Below are positions 20,612 through 29,773 of a stretch of DNA of 64,000 bases, one piece after another. The stretch is from an uncultured Acidobacteriota bacterium (GTDB lineage Bacteria > Acidobacteriota > Vicinamibacteria > Vicinamibacterales > Fen-181). Within the stretch, counting starts at the first letter, position 1. Every line of letters begins with the position of its first letter. Both the position numbers and the translations under genes were made by a program. The notes under the pieces are model-generated. The model was not told the DNA's origin. It searched no databases and was given only the letters and a program-made list of their open reading frames with translations. The DNA lies in the NCBI GenBank assembly GCA_963701315.1, contig OY969603.1:2154454-2218453 (forward strand), in the 5' to 3' direction.

Positions 20612-21967
20612 CTATTTCTTCTTGGTGTCGGTGACCGGCTTGGGCGGTTTCTTGATGCTGTAGCCCTTGCGCGACCAGATCTGGAGATCGGGGCGTGTCA
20701 CCTTGACTTCGATCTTGCGGTTCCGTTTGAGGGGGTCGGGATTCTTCGAGTAGTAGCCGAGGACGTAGTAGTCGCTGGTCTCGGCGTCGATGCGCTTGAG
20801 CCCCTTGTCGAAGTCGTTGGTGTTCACCATGGCGTACCCGCCGGTCTCATCGGCGAGCACGCGCAGGCTGTCAATCGACTTCCGCACGTAGTCCTGCCAC
20901 TCCGACTGGCTGATGGTCTCGTCCAGGTCGGGCATACCGACCAGCCCGCGCGGGTCGATCGTGTAGATGGTGACGTTGGCGCGGTTCGCCGTATTGGTCA
21001 GGTCGGAGAGCTCCCGGATGAGGTCCGCGTCCGCAAACTCCTGCATCTGCTTGTTGTACAGGTCCGAGTCGTCGACCGGGGTGCCGGAGGCAGCCCCGCC
21101 GTAGTCCGACGCGGTGCCGGCGGCCTGAGCGTTCGAGGTGCCCTGCATATCCGCCTCGGCCTTGGCGCGCGAGTCGGGGAACGGGTTGAAGTCGTACCCG
21201 TCGCTGACGTAGATCAGGGCCTTCCGGCGATTGTGCACCTGTTCGAGATTCTGCATGAGGTCGGACGCCGTGGAGAACGCCACGTGCGCGCGGTAGCGGA
21301 CCTCGTTCGGGCCGTCCGACGTCTCGCCGCCTTCGAGGATGTCCTGGGGCCGGAGGCCGTTGCCGGCGATCTTCTTGACCGCCTCGTCGAAGCGCTTGAG
21401 GTCGTAGGTCATGTCGACCGCGATCGACGAGGGCCCCGTGGACACCATCCCGAACATGTCTCCGTCGTGCACCAGCGACGTGCGGATCTTCTTGAACAGC
21501 TCGCGGATGCGCCCCGTGTTCCGGAAGTCGAGATGCAGGTCGTCCACGAAGAAGATGAAGATCCGGCCGGCCGCGTCGTTGGTCGGGCGCGTGGGCGGCA
21601 ACACGATGCCTTCCTCCACCGGCGGCGGCGGTGCCGTCAGCGCGTTGAACTGACGTCCCCCGTGAAACAGGGTCATCTGGGAGATATCCTGCTTGACGCC
21701 GTCCTCGTACACCTCGAAGTCGGTCGGCTTGAGGTCCGAGACGAACTGCCCCTTCGAGTCGCGCACGATGACATCGGTGGTCACCAGGTCCACGCGCACC
21801 TTGAAGGTGGCCACGTCCTTCGGCACGATGTCGACCCGGTTCTGCGGATGATCCTGCGGTTGCTGGCCGGCGGGCTTGCTGCCCTGCGGGCTCGACTGCG
21901 CGGAGAGACCCGCCGACAGGGCCGTGGCCGCTAGGAATAAGCCAATCGCGCGTACTGCTCTCTTCAT
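20612..21967 (-). CDS. secreted VWA-domain protein (VWFA-related acidobacterial domain family)
   Basis: 451 aa. Signal peptide MKRAVRAIGLFLAATALSAGLSAQ, then FKVRVDLVTTDVIVRDSKGQFVSDLKPTDFEVYEDGV, IFIFFVDDLHL and VTIYTIDPRGL. I recall this architecture as TIGR03436-like. Confidence 0.8.
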   Translation of the reverse strand: MKRAVRAIGLFLAATALSAGLSAQSSPQGSKPAGQQPQDHPQNRVDIVPKDVATFKVRVDLVTTDVIVRDSKGQFVSDLKPTDFEVYEDGVKQDISQMTLFHGGRQFNALTAPPPPVEEGIVLPPTRPTNDAAGRIFIFFVDDLHLDFRNTGRIRELFKKIRTSLVHDGDMFGMVSTGPSSIAVDMTYDLKRFDEAVKKIAGNGLRPQDILEGGETSDGPNEVRYRAHVAFSTASDLMQNLEQVHNRRKALIYVSDGYDFNPFPDSRAKAEADMQGTSNAQAAGTASDYGGAASGTPVDDSDLYNKQMQEFADADLIRELSDLTNTANRANVTIYTIDPRGLVGMPDLDETISQSEWQDYVRKSIDSLRVLADETGGYAMVNTNDFDKGLKRIDAETSDYYVLGYYSKNPDPLKRNRKIEVKVTRPDLQIWSRKGYSIKKPPKPVTDTKKK

Positions 21968-22098
21968 GATGCCCTCAGTATAACGTGGGCAGCGGTGGGA
22001 ACTCCGTACTTTGGACGAACGAGCGACCTCGAGGGACGGGCAGAATCCCAGCGGCAAAACGGGCCGGAGTCCGGCCGCCTCGCGCAACGTCAGGGATC

Positions 22099-22765
22099 CT
22101 ACTTTCGCCTCTGGCTCCGCGCGGGCTTGGCGGCTGGCTTTCGCGGCCGGGTCCGGGGTTTGGCGGTCGCACGCTTGGCCGGACGACGGGACGCCGCCGG
22201 TTTGCCCGTCCGAGCGCTTCCCGGGGCACGCCGGGATGGAGAGGGTCGCGACGATCGAGCAGCGGGAGCCGGCCGTTGGGGTCGCGCCGGCGCCGGCGCC
22301 CGGTAGACCATCGTGAAGCGCATCTGGTCCCCGATGGCGTGGAAGGTCCAGATTTCGCTGACGTCGATGGCATGGTCCTGGCACAGCCGGCGAACCGAGT
22401 CGACCGAACCGGCGGGCACGTACAGGTGGAACTCAGCCTTGAGCCTGGCAAAGGGCGCCCACTGCGCCAGAGCCTCGAGGTTGTTGACCGACTCGGCGGT
22501 TTCCACCTCGACGACGATTTCAGTCCGGCGTCCCCGGCTCGTGGACGCCAGAATGACGTCCGGATACAACACAGCGTTGCCGTCAGACACCGAACCGGCT
22601 GTCTCGGAACCGGGGTTGATCGTCACGAGGGTACTTGCGCCGCCACCGAGCCTGCAGCAGGCGAATGACGCGGTCGTGCTCAAGCTGCTCACGGACCGGC
22701 CGGACAAGAATGGGCGACACACGGCCTCCCTCATCGAGACTTGCGGACGGAGCCTGACCGACCAA
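22099..22765 (-). pseudogene. conserved hypothetical protein, possible PD-(D/E)xK-like core plus a very basic Ala/Pro/Arg/Lys tail; +1 insertion near 22629-22631
   Basis: Frame 1 reads SPILVRPVREQLEHDRVIRLLQARWRRKY. Frame 2 reads LVTINPGSE...LYPDVIL...EIVVEVETAESVN...FHLYVPAGS...EIWTFH, then PAPARPQRPAPAARSS...AKRATAKPRTRPRKPAAKPARSQRRK. Confidence 0.55.
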
Positions 22766-22869
22766 ACGCGAGATTATAGCACCGTCCCGACAGGACGCCA
22801 GTTGGAAGTCGCCCCTCCACGTCGCCGGCGGTCGTCCAGCCGTGACATACTAGGGAGATTCGGCCACGC

Positions 22870-23946
22870 ATGGGGGCGCCAGTGACCTTGTTGAACGACC
22901 GATTCGTCCGGGCGTGCCGGCGCCAGCCCGTCGATACGACGCCGGTCTGGTTCATGCGGCAGGCGGGCCGGTACATGAAGGAGTACCGGGAGTTGCGGGC
23001 CCGGCACTCGATGTGGGAACTGTGCAGAACGCCTGAGCTGGCGACCGAGGTCACGCTCCAGCCCATCCGCCGCTTTCCGCTCGATGCCGCTATCATCTTC
23101 TCGGACTTGCTCTTACCGCTGCCACCGCTGGGCGTCGCCTTCGACTTCATCAAGGGCGAGGGCCCCATGGTCGATCAGCCGGTCCGCACGCGGGCCGACA
23201 TCGGTCGCCTCCACGGCTTCGAGGTTCGCGAAGCCCTGGCACCAGTCCTCGAGGCCATCAGGCTGGTCAAGGCCGAGCTGGCTGGCCTGGTCCCCCTGAT
23301 CGGCTTTGCCGGAGCCCCGTTCACGTTGGCGTCCTATGCCATCGAGGGCGGGCACTCCACCCACTACACACATACAAAGGCCCTGATGAACGGCGAGCCA
23401 CAGGCCTGGCACCAGCTGTGTGCGCTTTTTGCCGATACGGCGCTCGAGTTTCTCCGCGCCCAGGTGGAGGCCGGAACCGACGTCGTGCAGCTGTTCGACT
23501 CATGGGTGGGCGTCCTCTCCCCGGCTGACTACCGCGAGTTCGTGCTCCCCCACACGCGGCGGATCTTCGACGGACTCAAGTCGACGGGGGTCCCGTCCAT
23601 TCACTTCGGCACCGGCGCATCGACCCTGCTCCCGTTGATGGCCGAGGCGGGCGGCGATGTGATCGGGGCCGACTGGCGGATCCCGCTCGACGATGCCTGG
23701 CACCTGATCGGCCACGATCGAGCCATCCAGGGGAACCTCGATCCCGCCCTGCTCCTCGCGCCCCTGCCGAGACTGCGGGCAGGGGCTGACGACGTGCTGG
23801 CGCGGGCCAGAGGACGGCCGGGGCACATCTTCAACCTCGGCCACGGCATCCTGCCCGCGACGTCGGTCGAACAGGTCGACGCCCTGGTGCACCACGTCCA
23901 CGCGCACGCGCTGCCTGCCTGCGCCCCGGGTCTCCCGGCGCAGTGA
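22870..23946 (+). CDS. hemE: uroporphyrinogen decarboxylase
   Basis: 358 aa with PVWFMRQAGRYMKEYRELR, FPLDAAIIFSDLL and GFAGAPFTLASY, all HemE hallmarks. Confidence 0.95.
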   Translation: MGAPVTLLNDRFVRACRRQPVDTTPVWFMRQAGRYMKEYRELRARHSMWELCRTPELATEVTLQPIRRFPLDAAIIFSDLLLPLPPLGVAFDFIKGEGPMVDQPVRTRADIGRLHGFEVREALAPVLEAIRLVKAELAGLVPLIGFAGAPFTLASYAIEGGHSTHYTHTKALMNGEPQAWHQLCALFADTALEFLRAQVEAGTDVVQLFDSWVGVLSPADYREFVLPHTRRIFDGLKSTGVPSIHFGTGASTLLPLMAEAGGDVIGADWRIPLDDAWHLIGHDRAIQGNLDPALLLAPLPRLRAGADDVLARARGRPGHIFNLGHGILPATSVEQVDALVHHVHAHALPACAPGLPAQ

Positions 23947-23959
23947 GGGGACGGCTGAG

Positions 23960-24877
23960 ATGCCCTCTGCGGTCCTCCTGATGGCGCACGGCACGCCCTC
24001 GACACTCGACGAGATGCCGGCCTACCTGACCCAGGTCCGGGGCGGACGCCCACCGTCCGAGGCGCTGGTCGCCGAGATGCGTCGGAACTACGCCGCGATC
24101 GGCGGACGGTCGCCACTGACCGACATCACGCTCCGGCAGCGCGACGCGCTGCGGGACCGGCTCGGCGACGCCTTCCACGTGGAAGCCGGCATGCGGAACT
24201 GGCAACCGTTCATCGCCGACGTCCTGCAGGATCTGGCCGGGCGCGGCGTCGACCGTGTCATCGGCATTCCGCTCGCCCCGCAGTACTCCTCGCTCAGCGT
24301 TGCGAAGTACGTCGACGCGGCCACGCGCGCGCTCCCTCCCGGGGTACGCTTCGACTGCGTGGCGTCCTATCACGCCCATCCCTTGCTGATCCGGGCGTTC
24401 GCCCTGTCGCTCCGCCGAGCGCTCGACGCGGAGGCGCCGGACCGCGTCATCTTCACCGCCCACTCGCTGCCGATCAGGGTCATCGTCGAGGGCGACCCAT
24501 ACCGGGACGAGGTCCTGGAGACGGCGCGCCGGGTGGCCGAGGCCGCGCACCTGGACGCGTACGAGGTGGCGTTTCAGAGCGCCGGGCGCACCCCCGAACC
24601 CTGGCTCGGGCCGGACATCGGTGAGGTCGTGGGCGCCCGGGCGGCCTCGGGCGCCCACCGGCTGCTGGTCGCCCCGATTGGCTTCGTCTGCGACCATACG
24701 GAAATCCTGTACGACCTCGACGTGCAGGCGCAGGCAGTCGCCCGGGCGTGCGGCGCGAGGCTGCGTCGGACCGAGTCGTTGAACGTCTCCGCCCCCTTCG
24801 TCGACCTGCTCGTCGCCCTCGTGCGCGAGGCGCTGGCGGAGCCTGCGACCGGAACGAGCACGCCGGACGCGTCCTGA
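23960..24877 (+). CDS. hemH: ferrochelatase (HemH/CpfC type)
   Basis: 305 aa with VLLMAHGTP, LAPQYSSLS, FTAHSLP and IGFVCDHTEILYDLD. Confidence 0.9.
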   Translation: MPSAVLLMAHGTPSTLDEMPAYLTQVRGGRPPSEALVAEMRRNYAAIGGRSPLTDITLRQRDALRDRLGDAFHVEAGMRNWQPFIADVLQDLAGRGVDRVIGIPLAPQYSSLSVAKYVDAATRALPPGVRFDCVASYHAHPLLIRAFALSLRRALDAEAPDRVIFTAHSLPIRVIVEGDPYRDEVLETARRVAEAAHLDAYEVAFQSAGRTPEPWLGPDIGEVVGARAASGAHRLLVAPIGFVCDHTEILYDLDVQAQAVARACGARLRRTESLNVSAPFVDLLVALVREALAEPATGTSTPDAS

Positions 24878-24892
24878 TCGAGAGGAGTCGGG

Positions 24893-26290
24893 TTGGACCC
24901 AGTGGACGTGGTCATCGTGGGCGGGGGCATCGCGGGATTGGCGACGGCGTACGAACTGTCCCGCCGCGGCGTGGGCTTCCGCCTGTTGGAAGGCGCGGAT
25001 CGGGCAGGCGGCGTGATCCTCACCGAGCGCGGTCTCGGCTTCACGTACGACGCCGGTCCGGATGCGCTCCTCATCCAGAAGCCCGCCGCCATCGACCTGT
25101 GCCGCGAACTGGGCCTCGGCCCGCGCCTGTTTCCGACCAGCCTGCCGCGGGCCGCGTTCATCCTGCGCGCGGGCCGCCTCCACCCCCTTCTGGAGAGTTC
25201 GGTGCTCGGCATCCCGCGCAACGTCGGCGCGCTGGCCACCACACGGCTGTTCTCGATCGCCGGCAAGGCCCGCATGGCCGCCGAACTGCTCGTTCCGCCG
25301 CGCCGGAACGGCCAGGGGGACGAGTCGATCGCCTCCTTCATCGGCCGGCGCTTTGGCGCGGAGGCCGTGACCTACCTGGCCGAGCCGCTGCTGGCGGGCA
25401 TCCATGCGGGCGACGTGCGGCGACTGTCGATGCGCGCCCTGTTTCCCCGCTTCCTCGAAGCCGAACGCCGCCACGGCAGCGTGCTCCGGGCCTTCCGCCA
25501 GGTCCGTCAGCCCAAGTCGAGCAACGGGGCGTTCATGTCGTTGCCCGGCGGTCTGGCCGAGATCGTCGAGGCGTTGACACGGGTGCTACCCTCGGGGTCA
25601 CTCGTGCTGCGGTCGAGCGTGCGCGATGTGGCACGGTCCACGGACTACGAGGTGCGGCTCGCGTCGGGAGACGCGATCTCAGCCCGCGTGGTGGTGCTGG
25701 CGACGCCCGCGTTCGTGACCTCGACCCTCGTGCACGCGCTCGACGCCGAACTCGCGTCACTCTGCGGCCGCGTCCCGTACGCGTCGAGCGCCACGGTGAC
25801 CATGGCCTACCCGCGCAGCGCGGTGGCGCACCCGCTGCTCGGGTCTGGCTTCGTCGTCCCGCGGATCGAGAAGACGACCATCATGGCCGGCTCCTGGGTG
25901 TCGTCGAAGTGGCGCGACCGCGCACCCGACGGCGCGGTGCTCCTGCGCGCGTTCGTGGGCGGGGCGCGCGACCCGGAGGCGATGTCCCGGGACGACACGG
26001 ATCTCGTGTCGGCCGCCGTGGCCGAGATGGGTCGGTTGCTCGGGATCCAGGGGGAGCCGCTCTTCACACGCCTTCACCGGTGGGACCGAGCGAACGCGCA
26101 GCACGAGGTGGGGCACCTCGATCTGGTTGCGCGCATCGACTGTCGCCTTGGACAGTGGCCCGGGCTGTTCGTGACCGGCTCCGGTTTCCGAGGCGTCGGC
26201 GTGCCGGACTGCGTGGCCGACGGGCGCGAGACCGGCCGACAGGTCGCAGAATGGATAGCGAGTCGATCACTATGCACTTCTCCAGGATGA
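24893..26290 (+). CDS. hemY: HemY-type protoporphyrinogen/coproporphyrinogen III oxidase (FAD)
   Basis: 465 aa. TTG start after GAGAGGAG, VVIVGGGIAGLATAYEL dinucleotide fold, GxxAGDVxxLS-type middle region and a C-terminal GSGFRGVGVPDCV. Confidence 0.9.
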   Translation: MDPVDVVIVGGGIAGLATAYELSRRGVGFRLLEGADRAGGVILTERGLGFTYDAGPDALLIQKPAAIDLCRELGLGPRLFPTSLPRAAFILRAGRLHPLLESSVLGIPRNVGALATTRLFSIAGKARMAAELLVPPRRNGQGDESIASFIGRRFGAEAVTYLAEPLLAGIHAGDVRRLSMRALFPRFLEAERRHGSVLRAFRQVRQPKSSNGAFMSLPGGLAEIVEALTRVLPSGSLVLRSSVRDVARSTDYEVRLASGDAISARVVVLATPAFVTSTLVHALDAELASLCGRVPYASSATVTMAYPRSAVAHPLLGSGFVVPRIEKTTIMAGSWVSSKWRDRAPDGAVLLRAFVGGARDPEAMSRDDTDLVSAAVAEMGRLLGIQGEPLFTRLHRWDRANAQHEVGHLDLVARIDCRLGQWPGLFVTGSGFRGVGVPDCVADGRETGRQVAEWIASRSLCTSPG

Positions 26291-26935
26291 TCTCCCACGT
26301 GTCTTGCGCGGCGGCGCTCGCCGCCCTCAGCGTCTTGGCGGCGGCTCAGGGCGTTTGGGCCCAGGCGGTCGGCGAGCCGCTTACGCCGAGCGTCCAGCAG
26401 TTGCTCCGGCAGATCAAGGACGCCGACAAAGGGCAACTGGCCGTGTCCGAGGAAGACGGGCGCTTCCTCCGCGTGCTGGCCGCCTCGGCGCGTGCGAAGC
26501 GGGCCCTCGAGATCGGCGCCGCCAGCGGCTACAGCGCGATTCTGGATTGGGATGGGCCTGCGCGAGACGGGCGGGCGCTTGGTGACGATCGAGTTCGACC
26601 CGGTCCGCGCGAAGGAGGCTGCCGACAACGTCCGCCGTGCCGGCCTCGCCGACATCGTCGAGGTCGTCCACGGCGACGCCTTCAAGGAGATTCCGAAGCT
26701 CCCGGGCACGTTCGATTTCGTCTTCCTCGACGCCTGGAAGAAGGACTACAAGCACTTCCTCGACCTGGTACTGCCCCGCCTCGATCCAGGCGGTCTCTTC
26801 CTCGCCCACAACGTGGTCAACAAGCGCCAGGAGATGCCCGACTTCCTCGGCGCGATCGAGAACAACCCGCTGCTCCTGACCGCGATCGTGACGCCGTGGG
26901 GGGAAGGCATCTCGATGTCGCTCAAGCGACGCTGA
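26287..26935 (+). pseudogene. class I SAM-dependent O-methyltransferase (family 3, caffeoyl-CoA OMT-like) with signal-peptide-like N-terminus; +1 insertion at 26538-26542
   Basis: The ATG at 26287 overlaps the hemY stop (ATGA). MISHVSCAAALAALSVLAAAQGVWAQ...ALEIGAASGYSAI | WIGMGLRETGGRLVTIEFDP...FDFVFLDAWKKDY...GGLFLAHNV. Confidence 0.8.
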
Positions 26936-26958
26936 CGCCGCCTGAGCGGAGAGTGACC

Positions 26959-27870
26959 ATGCACCAGCCGATCCACATCCTCGGCGTTCCGCTGGACCTG
27001 GGCGCCGGCCGCCGCGGCGTGGACATGGGTCCCTCGGCCTTCCGCATCGCCGGCCTCGACGAGAAGATCGCCGCGCTCGGCTACTCGGTGGTGGACAGGG
27101 GCGACCTGCCGGTGCCGACGCCGGAGACGCGCGGACCCGGCGATCTGCGGAAGAAGTACATCGCCGAGATCGCCGCCGTCTGCGCGCAGCTGTACCGGTC
27201 CTTGACCGAGAGTCTGAGCGCAGGGGCCCTGCCGATCGTGTTGGGCGGCGACCACAGCCTGGGGGCCGGCAGCGTGGCGGCTGCCGCCTCGGCCGCAGGC
27301 GAGGCCGGCACACCGCTGGGCCTGATCTGGGTCGACGCGCACGGCGACATGAACACGCCCTCGAGCAGCCAGAGCGGCAACGTGCACGGCATGCCGCTGG
27401 CCGCGATCCTCGGGCAAGACCCCGAGGAGCTTGCGACGCTGGGCGCGGGCAGGCCGATGGTTCCCCCCGAGCGCGTAGCCCTGCTCGGCATCCGCAACCT
27501 CGACGACCGCGAGCGCGACCTGGTGCGGGCGTCAGGCGTCCACGCGTTCACGATGAAGGACATCGACCGCCGCGGGATCGCCGAGGTCACGGGGCAGGCG
27601 CTTGAGGCCGTGGGCCGAGGGGGCGCGCGGCTCCACGTGTCGTTCGACCTGGACGTGTGCGATCCCTCGATCGCCCCCGGCGTCGGGACCCCCGTCAAGG
27701 GCGGGCTCGACTACCGCGAGGCGCACACGCTGATGGAAATGATCGCGGACTCGCGCCGACTGGCGTCGCTGGATCTGGTCGAAGTCAACCCCATCCTCGA
27801 CGTGCGCAACGCCACGGCGACGCTCGGCACCGAGCTGGCCCTCTCGGCGCTCGGCCTCAACATCCTCTGA
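26959..27870 (+). CDS. rocF: arginase
   Basis: 303 aa with GGDHSLG, VDAHGDMNTP, GNVHGMPLA and SFDLDVCDP (ureohydrolase Mn-binding motifs, arginase-like variants). Confidence 0.9.
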   Translation: MHQPIHILGVPLDLGAGRRGVDMGPSAFRIAGLDEKIAALGYSVVDRGDLPVPTPETRGPGDLRKKYIAEIAAVCAQLYRSLTESLSAGALPIVLGGDHSLGAGSVAAAASAAGEAGTPLGLIWVDAHGDMNTPSSSQSGNVHGMPLAAILGQDPEELATLGAGRPMVPPERVALLGIRNLDDRERDLVRASGVHAFTMKDIDRRGIAEVTGQALEAVGRGGARLHVSFDLDVCDPSIAPGVGTPVKGGLDYREAHTLMEMIADSRRLASLDLVEVNPILDVRNATATLGTELALSALGLNIL

Positions 27871-28292
27871 TGGCGGACCTTCCGTACCGGCTCCTGTTCG
27901 ACGGCGCGTGCGGGATGTGCCGGCGGAGCGTGGCGCTCGTCCTCCGGCTCGACTGGCGCCACCGGGTGGCAATTGTGGATGTCACCAACGACTGGAACGC
28001 GGTGGCACGGCTGTGCCCGGACCTTCGCCCTGCGGAGAGCCTTGAGCACGTCCACGTGGTCACGCCGCGCGGACGCCGGCTCGCTGGCTTCGACGCGTGC
28101 CGCGCGCTGGCGTGGGCCCTGGTCCCGGCGTGGCCGTGCCTGCCCCTGCTCTACCTCCCGGGCGCTCGCGCGGTGGGAAGCGCGATCTACCGGGCGGTGG
28201 CACGGCGTCGGGTCCGTCAGACAGGCCGCCGCCCGGTCGACCGGACCGGGGACGGGGGTGGGCCGGTCAGGGGACCCGACTCCGGCCGTTGA
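27870..28292 (+). CDS. DCC-family thiol-disulfide oxidoreductase (DUF393)
   Basis: MADLPYRLLFDGACGMCRRSV...HVVTPRGRRLAGFDA. The start overlaps the arginase stop (TGATG). Confidence 0.75.
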   Translation: MADLPYRLLFDGACGMCRRSVALVLRLDWRHRVAIVDVTNDWNAVARLCPDLRPAESLEHVHVVTPRGRRLAGFDACRALAWALVPAWPCLPLLYLPGARAVGSAIYRAVARRRVRQTGRRPVDRTGDGGGPVRGPDSGR

Positions 28293-28659
28293 CCTCCCCT
28301 GGGGCACCGAGCATCCGCTCGAGCAGCTCCACCAGCATGACGAGAGAATAGGGCTTTTGAATCAAACGGGTGCGCGGCCGAAGGCGCTCGAGGTCGCACG
28401 ACTCGTCGGGCGCGCCGGAGAAGATGATGACGGGGACCGGTTGCGGGATCGACACCACGACGTCCCGACCGGATCCGCGCGGCAACTGCAGGTCCACGAT
28501 GGCGGCCGACACGTGGCCTTCCCGCACGATGTCCAGCGCCGCGTCCGCGTCCTCGACGCTCACGGTCGGGAAGTGGTGCACCGCGAGGAACCGCTCGAGG
28601 GCGTGCCGCACGGACGGGTCATCCTCGACGATCAGGACGAGTGGGCGGGCAGGGCTCAT
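28267..28659 (-). CDS. single-domain response regulator (CheY-like receiver)
   Basis: PLVLIVEDDPSVRHAL...AAIVDLQLPRGSG...VIIFSG...IQKPYS. The 3' end overlaps the convergent DCC gene by 26 nt. Confidence 0.8.
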   Translation of the reverse strand: MSPARPLVLIVEDDPSVRHALERFLAVHHFPTVSVEDADAALDIVREGHVSAAIVDLQLPRGSGRDVVVSIPQPVPVIIFSGAPDESCDLERLRPRTRLIQKPYSLVMLVELLERMLGAPGEVNGRSRVP

Positions 28660-28772
28660 CGGTCGACCTCGACAGCACAACGGGGCTGATCCCGCGCCAG
28701 CGTAGCACGGACCAGCCCCGCCGTATCCGTCGAGTGTCGTCGACCCGTCGCCGCCCTGCCGGGCGCGAGAGC

Positions 28773-29252
28773 CTACTTGCCCGGCCCCCGCATGCGACCC
28801 GGCCCCATGGGACCCATTGGCGGCAGGTCGATGTGATTGGTGAGGGCAATCTGGCGCTGTTCCGTGGTCAGCAGCTGCGAGAACTGCACCTGCAGGGCCA
28901 GCCGGGCCCTGAGCAGGCTATCCTGAGCGGCAACGACCGCATCGAATTTGTCATTGGCCCCGGTGGGGTCCGTGCCGTACAACGCCGTCCGGTAGGCGTC
29001 CTGAGCCGTGCGCAGCGTCTGCATCAGGCTCTCGTTGTTCGTGCGGAAGGTCTCCATCAACTTCTGCATCGCCTGGTGCTGATCGTCGGTCAGCTTGAGC
29101 GCGGCCATGGCCCCGCCCATGCCGCCGCCCCGAGGTCCCATCCGCTGCCCCTGGGGCGCCTGGCCGGAAGCCTGTGCCTGCGCGGCACTGGCCACGGCCA
29201 GCCCGATTGCCAACACCGCCGCCAACAGTGCGTAACCCGAAAACCGTCGCAT
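28773..29252 (-). CDS. periplasmic Spy/CpxP/ZraP-like LTXXQ protein
   Basis: Signal peptide MRRFSGYALLAAVLAIGLAVASAAQA, two LTxxQ motifs (LTDDQHQAM, LTTEQRQ), predicted helical. Confidence 0.65.
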   Translation of the reverse strand: MRRFSGYALLAAVLAIGLAVASAAQAQASGQAPQGQRMGPRGGGMGGAMAALKLTDDQHQAMQKLMETFRTNNESLMQTLRTAQDAYRTALYGTDPTGANDKFDAVVAAQDSLLRARLALQVQFSQLLTTEQRQIALTNHIDLPPMGPMGPGRMRGPGK

Positions 29253-29317
29253 GGTCACGTCTCCTTCTGATCTTCCGGTCGGGGACGATCGATCGACCCG
29301 GGCCCCGCCGGCCTGCT

Positions 29318-29773
29318 TCACTCCGGTCCCTGGCCGCGGCGCGCACCGCGCGGCGGCAGGCCGGGTCGCCACGGCCCCGGTGCCGTGGCCATGACCTCAT
29401 CGAACCGCTTCTGCTGCTTGTCGTCGAGCATCGCCCGGATCTCGGCTCGCACGTCCTGCTGTTCGGCCAGCATCCGAGTCTGCATCTCGGTCCTGATCTG
29501 ATCGAGCTTCGACCGACGCTGGGCCAGGATCCCGGCCAGCTTGTCCCGCTGGGCCGCGGTCAGGTCGAGCTCCCGGCTGAGCCGCTCGCTCAGCCAGCCC
29601 GTTCGCATCAGGGGCGGGCCGCCGCCGCGCCCGGGCGCAGGCCCCGCCTGCCGTCCGACGCGAGTCGGCGGGTGCAGCGCGAACCGATCGAGCAGGACAC
29701 CGCCGGCGACGCCAGCCAGCGCCACGACCAGCGTGAACGCGCCGAACCAAATCAGCGTCCGCCTATCGTCCAT
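29318..29773 (-). CDS. membrane-anchored LTXXQ-motif protein
   Basis: N-terminal TM TLIWFGAFTLVVALAGVAGGVLL, then LTAAQRDKLAGIL and helical repeats. The start overlaps the anti-sigma gene end. Confidence 0.5.
   Translation of the reverse strand: MDDRRTLIWFGAFTLVVALAGVAGGVLLDRFALHPPTRVGRQAGPAPGRGGGPPLMRTGWLSERLSRELDLTAAQRDKLAGILAQRRSKLDQIRTEMQTRMLAEQQDVRAEIRAMLDDKQQKRFDEVMATAPGPWRPGLPPRGARRGQGPE

Noticed and set aside
23831-25474. 547-aa minus-strand ORF
   Set aside because: It is antisense to hemH and hemY, has a low-complexity Arg/Gly/Ala composition, and those genes are firmly supported on the plus strand.
24748-27870. 1040-aa ORF spanning hemH-hemY-OMT-arginase
   Set aside because: This is a composite read-through frame. 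Only the short OMT N-terminal piece (26287 to about 26540) and the last 303 codons (arginase, from 26959) correspond to real proteins. The rest is R/P/G-rich out-of-frame text over hemH and hemY.
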